Shown here: positions 15,940 to 25,876 of the stretch, piece by piece
Position numbering within the stretch: the stretch's first letter is position 1
Layout: every line of letters starts with the position of its first letter
Assembly: GCA_963662675.2 (NCBI GenBank)
Contig: CAXXHP010000004.1
Coordinates: forward strand, 510,094-550,093
Direction of reading: 5' to 3'
From: Prolixibacteraceae bacterium
GTDB taxonomy: Bacteria > Bacteroidota > Bacteroidia > Bacteroidales > Prolixibacteraceae
Length of the DNA: 40,000 bases
The notes under the pieces: generated by a model
Told to the model about the DNA's origin: nothing
Database searches by the model: none
Seen by the model: the letters and a program-made list of their open reading frames with translations, nothing else
Position numbers and translations under genes: made by a program

Positions 15940-17882
15940 ATCGAATAGCCCGCCCCGCTAGCAAATACTAGCAGGGAGAGGCTTTCACACCACCATACGT
16001 ACGGGTCTCGTATACGGCGGTTCGTTAAGTCATAGGAAACAAAACCGTACTTGGTTTTACTTGATTGTAGAGTTCCAGTAAAGAAACGTAACCACGCAAT
16101 TTCAATCTATCAACCGTAATGGTAGTACCCAGAATTGGGCTTTGTGCAATTGCCCATCCACCCATTCTGGAACGACTCCATGCATAGGCTTGACCCTGTT
16201 CAACGCCCAAACGAATCAGGTTCTTCCTTTTTCGCTCAGGCTTTTTCCAGTGGTGCCAAATGCAATAGCGAAGTCGGTTCCGCAGCCACCCATCCAGTTC
16301 AGCCAGCTTGTTTTGGATGCTTGCCATTCGGAAAGCATTAATCCATCCTCGCTGCACCTCGCCCAACTTTTCGATACGTTCATCAAAACTCATGGGAGTG
16401 GTTTTTCGGGTGAGGACTTTTAGCTTTTGCTTCAAGCTCGTCCAACTCTTTTCGGATACAACCAGTTGATATTTGCCCCGTTCGCCTTTCTTATAAGTTG
16501 GCACAAAGCCAAATCCTAAGCAGGTGAAATGTACAGGTCTGCGGATGCCGCTTTTCTCCCAATTGATCGTTAGTTTCAACTTGTTTTTAAGAAACTTAAA
16601 AATGGTGTTGCCAACCTTTCGGGCTGTTGTCTTCGTTTTAACGTAAATGCTAAAATCGTCGGCATAGCGGACAAAACGCAAACCTTGCCTTTCCAGTTCC
16701 CTGTCCAGTTCGTGCAATACGATGTTGGACAGTAAAGGACTTAATGGGCTGCCCTGCGGAACTCCCTTTCTGCGTTTGACCAGTTTCCCGTTTATTTGTA
16801 TCGGGGAACGCAGCCATTTGCGGATAAGGCGCAAGGTTTCGCGGCAGTTGATTTTGCGGTAAAGCAGTTGCAGCAGATAGCAATGGTCTACTTCATCGAA
16901 AAAGGTTTTTAGGTCAATATCTACAATGTATTGAAACCCTTGGTTGATGTAAGCCTGTGCTTTTAGGACTGCCTGACCAACGCTCCTGTTGGGACGGAAC
17001 CCAAAACTGGAGTCTGAAAACCCAAACTCGAAGCGTGCAGTAATTACTTGTAAAACCGCTTGTTGTAGCAGGCGGTCGGTTACGGTGGGAATACCGAGTA
17101 ACCTTGTTTTCCCTTTTCCTTTTAGAATTTCCACTCCTAAAATGGCTTGTGGCAAATACTTTCCCGAACGAACCTTGGCTGTCAGTTCTTCCTTGTCAAT
17201 AGACAGGAGTTCTGACAGTTTACATACGGGCATGCGGTCGACTCCTGCTGAACCGTGGTTCCGCTGGACTTTGTACATGGCCTGTAACAGGTTCTTTCGT
17301 GTTAGAATTTGATCAATCATTTTAGTTTCAATTCATTGTTTCCATGTCCCGCCTAACGCAAAGCTAGATCCTGCTCACGCAGAAAGCTTCTTTGCAGCAT
17401 TTGGGACAACTTATCGTTCAGCCCTTCAGCTTTTCTGTGAGTCCTCTGCCTTTTCTATGACAGCTCGTTTCCAAAGCCTACTATGGCCTCTGCTGACTTC
17501 TCAACTGTCCTTGCGGAAAGTTGAGACCTCCCCAGGTAAGAGCATCTTCCTTCCTCCAATCACTGCTGGATCTACTACGGAACGATTTTGGTATTCGTTG
17601 GACGTTACAATGATGTGCTTGCTTATCCTCGTCTCGTAGCCTCGTATCCAATTTCTGTTCGTCAGTACCGGAGTTTGCCGGTTGGCTTCCTTCACTGCAT
17701 ACCTCACGGTAAACCAGCTTGCCACTTGCTAACGGTTCGAAGCGTTACCTCCGCCCGTAAGGGACTTACACCCTCTGGAATAATTTCAAGATACACTTTA
17801 TTGTTTAGTAAGAAAAAGTCGTACTTTACATTCTTTTTTAAACATTGAATAAAGTGGGCACATGCTCATGCTGGGCACACAC
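15940..17882 (-). mobile_element. group II intron copy 2 (1943 nt)
   Basis: Same ends as copy 1. Inserted between ACCGCTA (15933-15939) and ACGCGGTATAGCC. A few substitutions are confined to the AT-rich 5' leader (17780-17854). Confidence 0.9.
16025..17320 (-). CDS. group II intron reverse transcriptase/maturase
   Basis: 431-aa ORF identical to copy 1. Confidence 0.95.
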   Translation of the reverse strand: MIDQILTRKNLLQAMYKVQRNHGSAGVDRMPVCKLSELLSIDKEELTAKVRSGKYLPQAILGVEILKGKGKTRLLGIPTVTDRLLQQAVLQVITARFEFGFSDSSFGFRPNRSVGQAVLKAQAYINQGFQYIVDIDLKTFFDEVDHCYLLQLLYRKINCRETLRLIRKWLRSPIQINGKLVKRRKGVPQGSPLSPLLSNIVLHELDRELERQGLRFVRYADDFSIYVKTKTTARKVGNTIFKFLKNKLKLTINWEKSGIRRPVHFTCLGFGFVPTYKKGERGKYQLVVSEKSWTSLKQKLKVLTRKTTPMSFDERIEKLGEVQRGWINAFRMASIQNKLAELDGWLRNRLRYCIWHHWKKPERKRKNLIRLGVEQGQAYAWSRSRMGGWAIAQSPILGTTITVDRLKLRGYVSLLELYNQVKPSTVLFPMT

Positions 17883-18004
17883 ACGCGGTATAGCCAATAA
17901 GGGTTTAAGTGGTATGCGAAAGGTTGTAGCCCGCTTCAACTTTTCGTGTAACTTGACAGGAAATTGCCCGCATTTCCTTACTGGCCATACCGCCAACGTT
18001 AGCC
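17883..18004 (+). other. attC site 8, right part (left part 15933-15939; split by intron copy 2)
   Basis: Rejoined R'' ACCGCTAAC is the reverse complement of GTTAGCGGT at 15111-15119. Ends ...ccataccgccaacGTTAGCC (R' 17998-18004). Closely related to attC7. Confidence 0.8.
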
Positions 18005-18027
18005 ACAATTAACAAAACCAATTCCTA

Positions 18028-18771
18028 ATGAAAGACACTAAAAAATCATATCGTAATGAAGAATGGTATCGATTTGCTAATAGTGTAAAGAAAAGAGATG
18101 GATATAAATGTACAAAATGTGGAAGAAAAGAACCAGAAGTAATATTACAAGTACACCACACAGAATATAAGAAAGGCTTAGAGCCTTGGGAATATCCTCT
18201 AAGTAATTGTATAACTGTATGTAAAGGATGTCACGCAAGAGAACATAACTTAATAGAACCGAGTAGAGGTTGGACATTAATATCAATTGAAGATTTAGAA
18301 GGTCTATATGGAGTATGTGAAAGAAAAGGTTGTGGAAGTGAAATTAGATATGAACACATAATATATCACCCTCAATGGGGATATAAATCGGTAGGTAGTA
18401 CTTGCGTTGAGTACTTAACTCAAGAAGAACAAGAATTAAGTAAAGATATTTTAAAAGTATTCAAAAAGATAAATGATTTTGTTAGTAGTTCATATTGGGA
18501 AAATGGAATAACAAAGAAAGGAAATAGCTTTATCACAACGACTCATTCTCATAATATTATTAGAATATACGGAAAAGAAAAATATTATTCTTTTCAAATT
18601 GCACTTAAAGAAAAAGGAAAAAAATGGTATGATTGGGAAAAACCGATTAAAGCCTATAATAAAGATTTGTCAACAGTTAAAGAACTAAGTTATATCGTAT
18701 TGAAAGGATTAACAAGTTATGACAATGAGGAAGTGGAAATTTTAAGAAATATATATAAGAAAATGATATAA
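18028..18771 (+). CDS. HNH endonuclease domain protein (cassette 9)
   Basis: 247 aa. N-terminal CTKCGRKEPEVILQVHHTEYKKGLEPWEYPLSNCITVCKGCHAREHN (CxxC...HH...N...CxxCHxxH). The C-terminal ~170 aa is unassigned. Confidence 0.7.
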   Translation: MKDTKKSYRNEEWYRFANSVKKRDGYKCTKCGRKEPEVILQVHHTEYKKGLEPWEYPLSNCITVCKGCHAREHNLIEPSRGWTLISIEDLEGLYGVCERKGCGSEIRYEHIIYHPQWGYKSVGSTCVEYLTQEEQELSKDILKVFKKINDFVSSSYWENGITKKGNSFITTTHSHNIIRIYGKEKYYSFQIALKEKGKKWYDWEKPIKAYNKDLSTVKELSYIVLKGLTSYDNEEVEILRNIYKKMI

Positions 18772-18781
18772 ACTGTGGCTA

Positions 18782-20754
18782 ATCGAATAGCCCGCCCCGC
18801 TAGCAAATACTAGCAGGGAGAGGCTTTCACACCACCATACGTACGCGAGCTATGCTCCTTCCTTTCGCTTTACTCAGGAACATATACGGCGGTTCGTTAA
18901 GTCATAGGAAACAAAACCGTACTTGGTTTTACTTGATTGTAGAGTTCCAGTAAAGAAACGTAACCACGCAATTTCAATCTATCAACCGTAATGGTAGTAC
19001 CCAGAATTGGGCTTTGTGCAATTGCCCATCCACCCATTCTGGAACGACTCCATGCATAGGCTTGACCCTGTTCAACGCCCAAACGAATCAGGTTCTTCCT
19101 TTTTCGCTCAGGCTTTTTCCAGTGGTGCCAAATGCAATAGCGAAGTCGGTTCCGCAGCCACCCATCCAGTTCAGCCAGCTTGTTTTGGATGCTTGCCATT
19201 CGGAAAGCATTAATCCATCCTCGCTGCACCTCGCCCAACTTTTCGATACGTTCATCAAAACTCATGGGAGTGGTTTTTCGGGTGAGGACTTTTAGCTTTT
19301 GCTTCAAGCTCGTCCAACTCTTTTCGGATACAACCAGTTGATATTTGCCCCGTTCGCCTTTCTTATAAGTTGGCACAAAGCCAAATCCTAAGCAGGTGAA
19401 ATGTACAGGTCTGCGGATGCCGCTTTTCTCCCAATTGATCGTTAGTTTCAACTTGTTTTTAAGAAACTTAAAAATGGTGTTGCCAACCTTTCGGGCTGTT
19501 GTCTTCGTTTTAACGTAAATGCTAAAATCGTCGGCATAGCGGACAAAACGCAAACCTTGCCTTTCCAGTTCCCTGTCCAGTTCGTGCAATACGATGTTGG
19601 ACAGTAAAGGACTTAATGGGCTGCCCTGCGGAACTCCCTTTCTGCGTTTGACCAGTTTCCCGTTTATTTGTATCGGGGAACGCAGCCATTTGCGGATAAG
19701 GCGCAAGGTTTCGCGGCAGTTGATTTTGCGGTAAAGCAGTTGCAGCAGATAGCAATGGTCTACTTCATCGAAAAAGGTTTTTAGGTCAATATCTACAATG
19801 TATTGAAACCCTTGGTTGATGTAAGCCTGTGCTTTTAGGACTGCCTGACCAACGCTCCTGTTGGGACGGAACCCAAAACTGGAGTCTGAAAACCCAAACT
19901 CGAAGCGTGCAGTAATTACTTGTAAAACCGCTTGTTGTAGCAGGCGGTCGGTTACGGTGGGAATACCGAGTAACCTTGTTTTCCCTTTTCCTTTTAGAAT
20001 TTCCACTCCTAAAATGGCTTGTGGCAAATACTTTCCCGAACGAACCTTGGCTGTCAGTTCTTCCTTGTCAATAGACAGGAGTTCTGACAGTTTACATACG
20101 GGCATGCGGTCGACTCCTGCTGAACCGTGGTTCCGCTGGACTTTGTACATGGCCTGTAACAGGTTCTTTCGTGTTAGAATTTGATCAATCATTTTAGTTT
20201 CAATTCATTGTTTCCATGTCCCGCCTAACGCAAAGCTAGATCCTGCTCACGCAGAAAGCTTCTTTGCAGCATTTGGGACAACTTATCGTTCAGCCCTTCA
20301 GCTTTTCTGTGAGTCCTCTGCCTTTTCTATGACAGCTCGTTTCCAAAGCCTACTATGGCCTCTGCTGACTTCTCAACTGTCCTTGCGGAAAGTTGAGACC
20401 TCCCCAGGTAAGAGCATCTTCCTTCCTCCAATCACTGCTGGATCTACTACGGAACGATTTTGGTATTCGTTGGACGTTACAATGATGTGCTTGCTTATCC
20501 TCGTCTCGTAGCCTCGTATCCAATTTCTGTTCGTCAGTACCGGGGTTTGCCGGTTGGCTTCCTTCACTGCATACCTCACGGTAAACCAGCTTGCCACTTG
20601 CTAATGCTTCCAAGCGTTACCTTGGCGCATAAGGGACTTACACCCTCTGGAATAATTTCATGCTACACTTTATTGTTTAATAAGAAAAAGTTGTACTTTA
20701 CATTCTTTTTCAAACCTTTAATAAAGTGGGCACATGCTCATGCTGGGCACACAC
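18782..20754 (-). mobile_element. group II intron copy 3 (1973 nt; domain V apex variant, domain I variant B)
   Basis: Same ends. Inserted between GTGGCTA (18775-18781) and AATGGCTCATAGG. A 38-nt segment at 18845-18882 replaces the 8-nt gggtctcg of copy 1. Covarying substitutions at 20601-20636. Confidence 0.9.
18897..20192 (-). CDS. group II intron reverse transcriptase/maturase
   Basis: 431-aa ORF identical to copy 1. Confidence 0.95.
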   Translation of the reverse strand: MIDQILTRKNLLQAMYKVQRNHGSAGVDRMPVCKLSELLSIDKEELTAKVRSGKYLPQAILGVEILKGKGKTRLLGIPTVTDRLLQQAVLQVITARFEFGFSDSSFGFRPNRSVGQAVLKAQAYINQGFQYIVDIDLKTFFDEVDHCYLLQLLYRKINCRETLRLIRKWLRSPIQINGKLVKRRKGVPQGSPLSPLLSNIVLHELDRELERQGLRFVRYADDFSIYVKTKTTARKVGNTIFKFLKNKLKLTINWEKSGIRRPVHFTCLGFGFVPTYKKGERGKYQLVVSEKSWTSLKQKLKVLTRKTTPMSFDERIEKLGEVQRGWINAFRMASIQNKLAELDGWLRNRLRYCIWHHWKKPERKRKNLIRLGVEQGQAYAWSRSRMGGWAIAQSPILGTTITVDRLKLRGYVSLLELYNQVKPSTVLFPMT

Positions 20755-20879
20755 AATGGCTCATAGGCAATGGCGGGTGGATGCTCGGTTCGCAGGTCGG
20801 ATTCCCGCACTGACTTTTGTGTCGTACCGACAGAAAGTCGCACGCAATCCGCCACTGCCCATAGCCGAGACCGTTATGT
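20755..20879 (+). other. attC site 9, right part (left part 18775-18781; split by intron copy 3)
   Basis: Arms ggcaatggcgggtgg / ccgccactgcccatagcc. R' GTTATGT 20873-20879. GTGGCTAA is the reverse complement of TTAGCCAC at 17999-18006. Confidence 0.8.
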
Positions 20880-21494
20880 TTCATTGTGTAAACAGCAGGC
20901 TAAAAACAGTCACAATTACTGTATCTTTTAAAGGATGCTAAAATGTTTTTTGAAAACCTTGGGGTTAAAAAAAATGCTGAACGCATTTTGGTTTCAGGTC
21001 TTGGAACGGTAGGACCGTGGAAGCTTGCTTCTGACGTCTGATCGACGAAAAGACCTGTCAAAGTTCCCATTTTTGTGGGACAAAGTCAAGGGGTGTAAAA
21101 ATGGAAGGACTTTTAACCCCAATTTTTCAAACAATTTTATCTTGGAAGTGATTGAAAATTTCAAGACCAAATAATGAAAAGCCTTCGGCTTTGTTGATGA
21201 AAAAATAAAATTTTCAATGGCCATCATCCATTAACGTACAGACAATCCATTCGACTATCCTTATACCAGTATAAAGTGAATAGATGGATCTTAAAGTGAC
21301 TGTTTAAAGAAAGGCCTGTTTTCACAACGCCGTTGGTTAAATAAAAAATGATAAATTTAACAACATAAACATAACAATGTGCGATATACCATAGTGGGGA
21401 CAGTGCCTCCAAGGCATCTGTTTTCCGCCCGATTGTCTTTCGTCCTGCGGACGGACAATCACACGTAAAACCACTATGGTACATGCACTATACG
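20874..21494 (+). repeat. ORF-less cassette 10 (621 bp), copy B of the duplicated cassette
   Basis: Identical to 10794-11414. Sequence diverges immediately after the GTT at 21494-21496 (GTTGTAGCGC versus GTTAACGAAC). Confidence 0.9.
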
Positions 21495-21500
21495 TTGTAG
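21367..21500 (+). other. attC site 10 (identical to attC5 up to the crossover)
   Basis: R'' AAACATAAC 21367-21375. R' GTTGTAG 21494-21500. Confidence 0.85.
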
Positions 21501-21513
21501 CGCATTAAAACAG

Positions 21514-22644
21514 ATGAGACATATAGAACAACCGAAATTAACAGAGACCTTAAAAGAGGTAATCAATCCTAAAAATGTAGCAGGAAGTGAAGCTTATAAG
21601 GTTAACACGTTTAGAGAGCTTGTCGAACATGTAGCCAAACTGGCTTATTTAAATAAAGACTATATGTTATTCTTTCGTGGACAAGGAAACGATTACAAAA
21701 ACAGGTCTGGAAATTCCAGTTTCTACCCTTCAATTTATAGAGGAGATTACTTGTCACAAGCAGAACTGAATTATAGATTTGATATACTTAATAAGTCCTC
21801 GAAAAATTTAGCTAAAATATTTGAGGAGGAACAGATTGAAGGATATAGTGAATTGAAAAGAAAGAAGTTGATTCAATGGAGTATTCTTCAACATTATGAA
21901 GTGTGTGGTACGCCATTAATGGATTTTACCCAATCACTTAGAGTTGCTTGTTCTTTTGCTCACATGGACAATGAAAATGGTAATGCATACATTTTTGTAT
22001 TTGGTTTACCATATTTGACAAATAGAATATCAACAAATTCGGAACAAGACCTATTAACAATTAGGCTTTTGAGTATTTGTCCACCAGAAGCTCTAAGACC
22101 ATATTTTCAAGAGGGGTATTTAACAGCAACGGAAGACATAACGAACGAGTATGAATCTAAAACAGAACTTGATTTTAAAAATAGGTTGATTGCAAAATTT
22201 GAAATACCTAAGACTGAGAGTTTTTGGGGCGAAGATTTCAAGATAATTCCCAAAAGTGCACTTTACCCAGACAATGATAAAGTTTTAGAAATATGCAGTA
22301 GAATAAAAGATATATCAGAAAAAGAATTATCGCCGGGTCAATTAGGTGAATTTCTATCAATTTGGTCAGAATTAGAAGAATATCTATTGAGTAATATTCA
22401 AAAACAGAATAGTCGGATTTTCAATATGAGAGAAGTTATTAATATACTCTTTAAAGAGGAAATCTTGAATCAAGATGAGTTATATCGATTCGATAGATTG
22501 CGTAAATTTAGGAATGAAGTTGTTCATAAACCCAGTAAAGTTGACTCATCACTTATTCATGAGTTTACAGAGGACTTGAAAATATTAAAAAATGAATTAA
22601 TAACGCGCTACAATCGAATAGCCCGCCCCGCTAGCAAATACTAG
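21514..22644 (+). CDS. FRG-domain protein (cassette 11), C-terminus read through into the intron
   Basis: 376 aa. MLFFRGQGNDYKN...FYPSIYRG matches the eponymous FRG motif. The last 10 codons (from 22615; IARPASKY and stop) are encoded by intron copy 4 sequence. Confidence 0.6.
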   Translation: MRHIEQPKLTETLKEVINPKNVAGSEAYKVNTFRELVEHVAKLAYLNKDYMLFFRGQGNDYKNRSGNSSFYPSIYRGDYLSQAELNYRFDILNKSSKNLAKIFEEEQIEGYSELKRKKLIQWSILQHYEVCGTPLMDFTQSLRVACSFAHMDNENGNAYIFVFGLPYLTNRISTNSEQDLLTIRLLSICPPEALRPYFQEGYLTATEDITNEYESKTELDFKNRLIAKFEIPKTESFWGEDFKIIPKSALYPDNDKVLEICSRIKDISEKELSPGQLGEFLSIWSELEEYLLSNIQKQNSRIFNMREVINILFKEEILNQDELYRFDRLRKFRNEVVHKPSKVDSSLIHEFTEDLKILKNELITRYNRIARPASKY

Positions 22645-24555
22645 CAGGGAGAGGCTTTCACACCACCATACGTACGGGTCTCGTATACGGCGGTTCGTTA
22701 AGTCATAGGAAACAAAACCGTACTTGGTTTTACTTGATTGTAGAGTTCCAGTAAAGAAACGTAACCACGCAATTTCAATCTATCAACCGTAATGGTAGTA
22801 CCCAGAATTGGGCTTTGTGCAATTGCCCATCCACCCATTCTGGAACGACTCCATGCATAGGCTTGACCCTGTTCAACGCCCAAACGAATCAGGTTCTTCC
22901 TTTTTCGCTCAGGCTTTTTCCAGTGGTGCCAAATGCAATAGCGAAGTCGGTTCCGCAGCCACCCATCCAGTTCAGCCAGCTTGTTTTGGATGCTTGCCAT
23001 TCGGAAAGCATTAATCCATCCTCGCTGCACCTCGCCCAACTTTTCGATACGTTCATCAAAACTCATGGGAGTGGTTTTTCGGGTGAGGACTTTTAGCTTT
23101 TGCTTCAAGCTCGTCCAACTCTTTTCGGATACAACCAGTTGATATTTGCCCCGTTCGCCTTTCTTATAAGTTGGCACAAAGCCAAATCCTAAGCAGGTGA
23201 AATGTACAGGTCTGCGGATGCCGCTTTTCTCCCAATTGATCGTTAGTTTCAACTTGTTTTTAAGAAACTTAAAAATGGTGTTGCCAACCTTTCGGGCTGT
23301 TGTCTTCGTTTTAACGTAAATGCTAAAATCGTCGGCATAGCGGACAAAACGCAAACCTTGCCTTTCCAGTTCCCTGTCCAGTTCGTGCAATACGATGTTG
23401 GACAGTAAAGGACTTAATGGGCTGCCCTGCGGAACTCCCTTTCTGCGTTTGACCAGTTTCCCGTTTATTTGTATCGGGGAACGCAGCCATTTGCGGATAA
23501 GGCGCAAGGTTTCGCGGCAGTTGATTTTGCGGTAAAGCAGTTGCAGCAGATAGCAATGGTCTACTTCATCGAAAAAGGTTTTTAGGTCAATATCTACAAT
23601 GTATTGAAACCCTTGGTTGATGTAAGCCTGTGCTTTTAGGACTGCCTGACCAACGCTCCTGTTGGGACGGAACCCAAAACTGGAGTCTGAAAACCCAAAC
23701 TCGAAGCGTGCAGTAATTACTTGTAAAACCGCTTGTTGTAGCAGGCGGTCGGTTACGGTGGGAATACCGAGTAACCTTGTTTTCCCTTTTCCTTTTAGAA
23801 TTTCCACTCCTAAAATGGCTTGTGGCAAATACTTTCCCGAACGAACCTTGGCTGTCAGTTCTTCCTTGTCAATAGACAGGAGTTCTGACAGTTTACATAC
23901 GGGCATGCGGTCGACTCCTGCTGAACCGTGGTTCCGCTGGACTTTGTACATGGCCTGTAACAGGTTCTTTCGTGTTAGAATTTGATCAATCATTTTAGTT
24001 TCAATTCATTGTTTCCATGTCCCGCCTAACGCAAAGCTAGATCCTGCTCACGCAGAAAGCTTCTTTGCAGCATTTGGGACAACTTATCGTTCAGCCCTTC
24101 AGCTTTTCTGTGAGTCCTCTGCCTTTTCTATGACAGCTCGTTTCCAAAGCCTACTATGGCCTCTGCTGACTTCTCAACTGTCCTTGCGGAAAGTTGAGAC
24201 CTCCCCAGGTAAGAGCATCTTCCTTCCTCCAATCACTGCTGGATCTACTACGGAACGATTTTGGTATTCGTTGGACGTTACAATGATGTGCTTGCTTATC
24301 CTCGTCTCGTAGCCTCGTATCCAATTTCTGTTCGTCAGTACCGGAGTTTGCCGGTTGGCTTCCTTCACTGCATACCTCACGGTAAACCAGCTTGCCACTT
24401 GCTAACGGTTCGAAGCGTTACCTCCGCCCGTAAGGGACTTACACCCTCTGGAATAATTTCATGCTACACTTTATTGTTTAGTAAGAAAAAGTTGTACTTT
24501 ACATTCTTTTTCAAACCTTTAATAAAGTGGGCACATGCTCATGCTGGGCACACAC
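22613..24555 (-). mobile_element. group II intron copy 4 (1943 nt)
   Basis: Same ends. Inserted between GCGCTACA (22605-22612) and AAATTGTATATGG. As far as I could compare, the sequence matches copy 1. Confidence 0.9.
22698..23993 (-). CDS. group II intron reverse transcriptase/maturase
   Basis: 431-aa ORF identical to copy 1. Confidence 0.95.
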   Translation of the reverse strand: MIDQILTRKNLLQAMYKVQRNHGSAGVDRMPVCKLSELLSIDKEELTAKVRSGKYLPQAILGVEILKGKGKTRLLGIPTVTDRLLQQAVLQVITARFEFGFSDSSFGFRPNRSVGQAVLKAQAYINQGFQYIVDIDLKTFFDEVDHCYLLQLLYRKINCRETLRLIRKWLRSPIQINGKLVKRRKGVPQGSPLSPLLSNIVLHELDRELERQGLRFVRYADDFSIYVKTKTTARKVGNTIFKFLKNKLKLTINWEKSGIRRPVHFTCLGFGFVPTYKKGERGKYQLVVSEKSWTSLKQKLKVLTRKTTPMSFDERIEKLGEVQRGWINAFRMASIQNKLAELDGWLRNRLRYCIWHHWKKPERKRKNLIRLGVEQGQAYAWSRSRMGGWAIAQSPILGTTITVDRLKLRGYVSLLELYNQVKPSTVLFPMT

Positions 24556-24680
24556 AAATTGTATATGGCAGGCGGGGGTTTTAGCGGTCTGACAAGTCAG
24601 ACCTTGCGCCAACTTTCCTGCGGGTCTGACAGGATTTCTCTTCGAAATCCCGCCCGACCACATACAAGTGACCGTTATAG
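24556..24680 (+). other. attC site 11, right part (left part 22605-22612; split by intron copy 4)
   Basis: attgtatatggcaggcggggg ... cccgcccgaccacatacaagtgaccGTTATAG (R' 24674-24680). Near-homologue of attC3. Confidence 0.8.
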
Positions 24681-24698
24681 CCTATTAAACGAAAGAAC

Positions 24699-25466
24699 AT
24701 GACAGATACATTTGATAATCAAATTCCAAGTGGAAAAATATTTAAAGACAGAGCATTTTGGGTTGGAATATTTTTGGGAGGACCATTAGTTGCAGGATAT
24801 TTATTTTCTGAGAACTTTAAAACATTTGGACAACCAGAAAAAGTTAGACCAGCTTGGATAATTTCAATCATTGTAACAATATTGATTTTTGGATTTGTAT
24901 TTCTAATCCCTGAAAATATTAATATTCCTAATCAACTTATTCCTATTATTTACACTGCAATTGCATATGGATTATTTCATAAAATTCAATCGGAAAGGGC
25001 AACTCAGCATATTAACTCAGGAGGATTAATACATAGTTGGGGCAGAGTAATTGGTGTAGGTGTGATTGGATTATTAATAACAATCTTACCAATTTTTGCA
25101 ATCGCTTATACTTATGACACAGTTGAACAAGCTAATGTTACAACTAAGACCTATGGAGCAACAGTAAAACATGAAATTGATTTTGATAAAAATAATATTA
25201 CAGAAAAGGAAGTAGATTTAATTGCAGACGGTTTTATTGAAACTGGATTTTTTGACTTATCAGTTGCAAAGTATGTTTACGTTGTTAAAAATGAGAATAA
25301 ATATGAATTATATATTTCAGTAATAAGGGGAATAGAGAATGACCAAGTTGCACTTCAACCATTTATTGAATTAAGGTCGCAAATGGATGTTTACATTCCT
25401 AATATGAAAGTAGAAATGAAATTAGTTGTAGATTATATTGAAAATGTAGTAAAAACCTTGAAATAA
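24699..25466 (+). CDS. integral membrane protein, unknown function (cassette 12, gene 1)
   Basis: 255 aa with about four hydrophobic helices in the N-terminal half and a soluble C-terminal half. Confidence 0.6.
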   Translation: MTDTFDNQIPSGKIFKDRAFWVGIFLGGPLVAGYLFSENFKTFGQPEKVRPAWIISIIVTILIFGFVFLIPENINIPNQLIPIIYTAIAYGLFHKIQSERATQHINSGGLIHSWGRVIGVGVIGLLITILPIFAIAYTYDTVEQANVTTKTYGATVKHEIDFDKNNITEKEVDLIADGFIETGFFDLSVAKYVYVVKNENKYELYISVIRGIENDQVALQPFIELRSQMDVYIPNMKVEMKLVVDYIENVVKTLK

Positions 25467-25867
25467 TGAATTTTAGAGCATCATTTTGTGACCCATTCAA
25501 GTCTGACATTATAGAAATGGGCGACTTTGAAAAGGATAAAATAATGGAAACTTTTGAAAAAATTCCATGGAACAAACTTCTTGATGAAATGAAGACGAAA
25601 AAAGAAAGTGAAATACACTACTCGCCTTCATTAGAAATTGAGAATAAGGACAACAAAAATGGACTTTCTGTTTCTGCGGTTGATGGAAAAGAATGGTACA
25701 TCTTTTTTAAAAGACCCAAAATGGTTAAGAAATTTTTCGGATTATCTGAAAAAATGAATAATGATTATTTGACAGATATAAAGGGGCAAACTGAAAATGA
25801 TGTTAAGGAGTGTTTGACCGCTTTAATTAATAATGACTTGGAATTTCTAGAAAGAAAGATAAAATAA
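25466..25867 (+). CDS. hypothetical protein (cassette 12, gene 2)
   Basis: 133 aa. TAATG stop/start overlap with the upstream ORF suggests translational coupling. Confidence 0.55.
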   Translation: MNFRASFCDPFKSDIIEMGDFEKDKIMETFEKIPWNKLLDEMKTKKESEIHYSPSLEIENKDNKNGLSVSAVDGKEWYIFFKRPKMVKKFFGLSEKMNNDYLTDIKGQTENDVKECLTALINNDLEFLERKIK

Positions 25868-25876
25868 CAGGCTATA

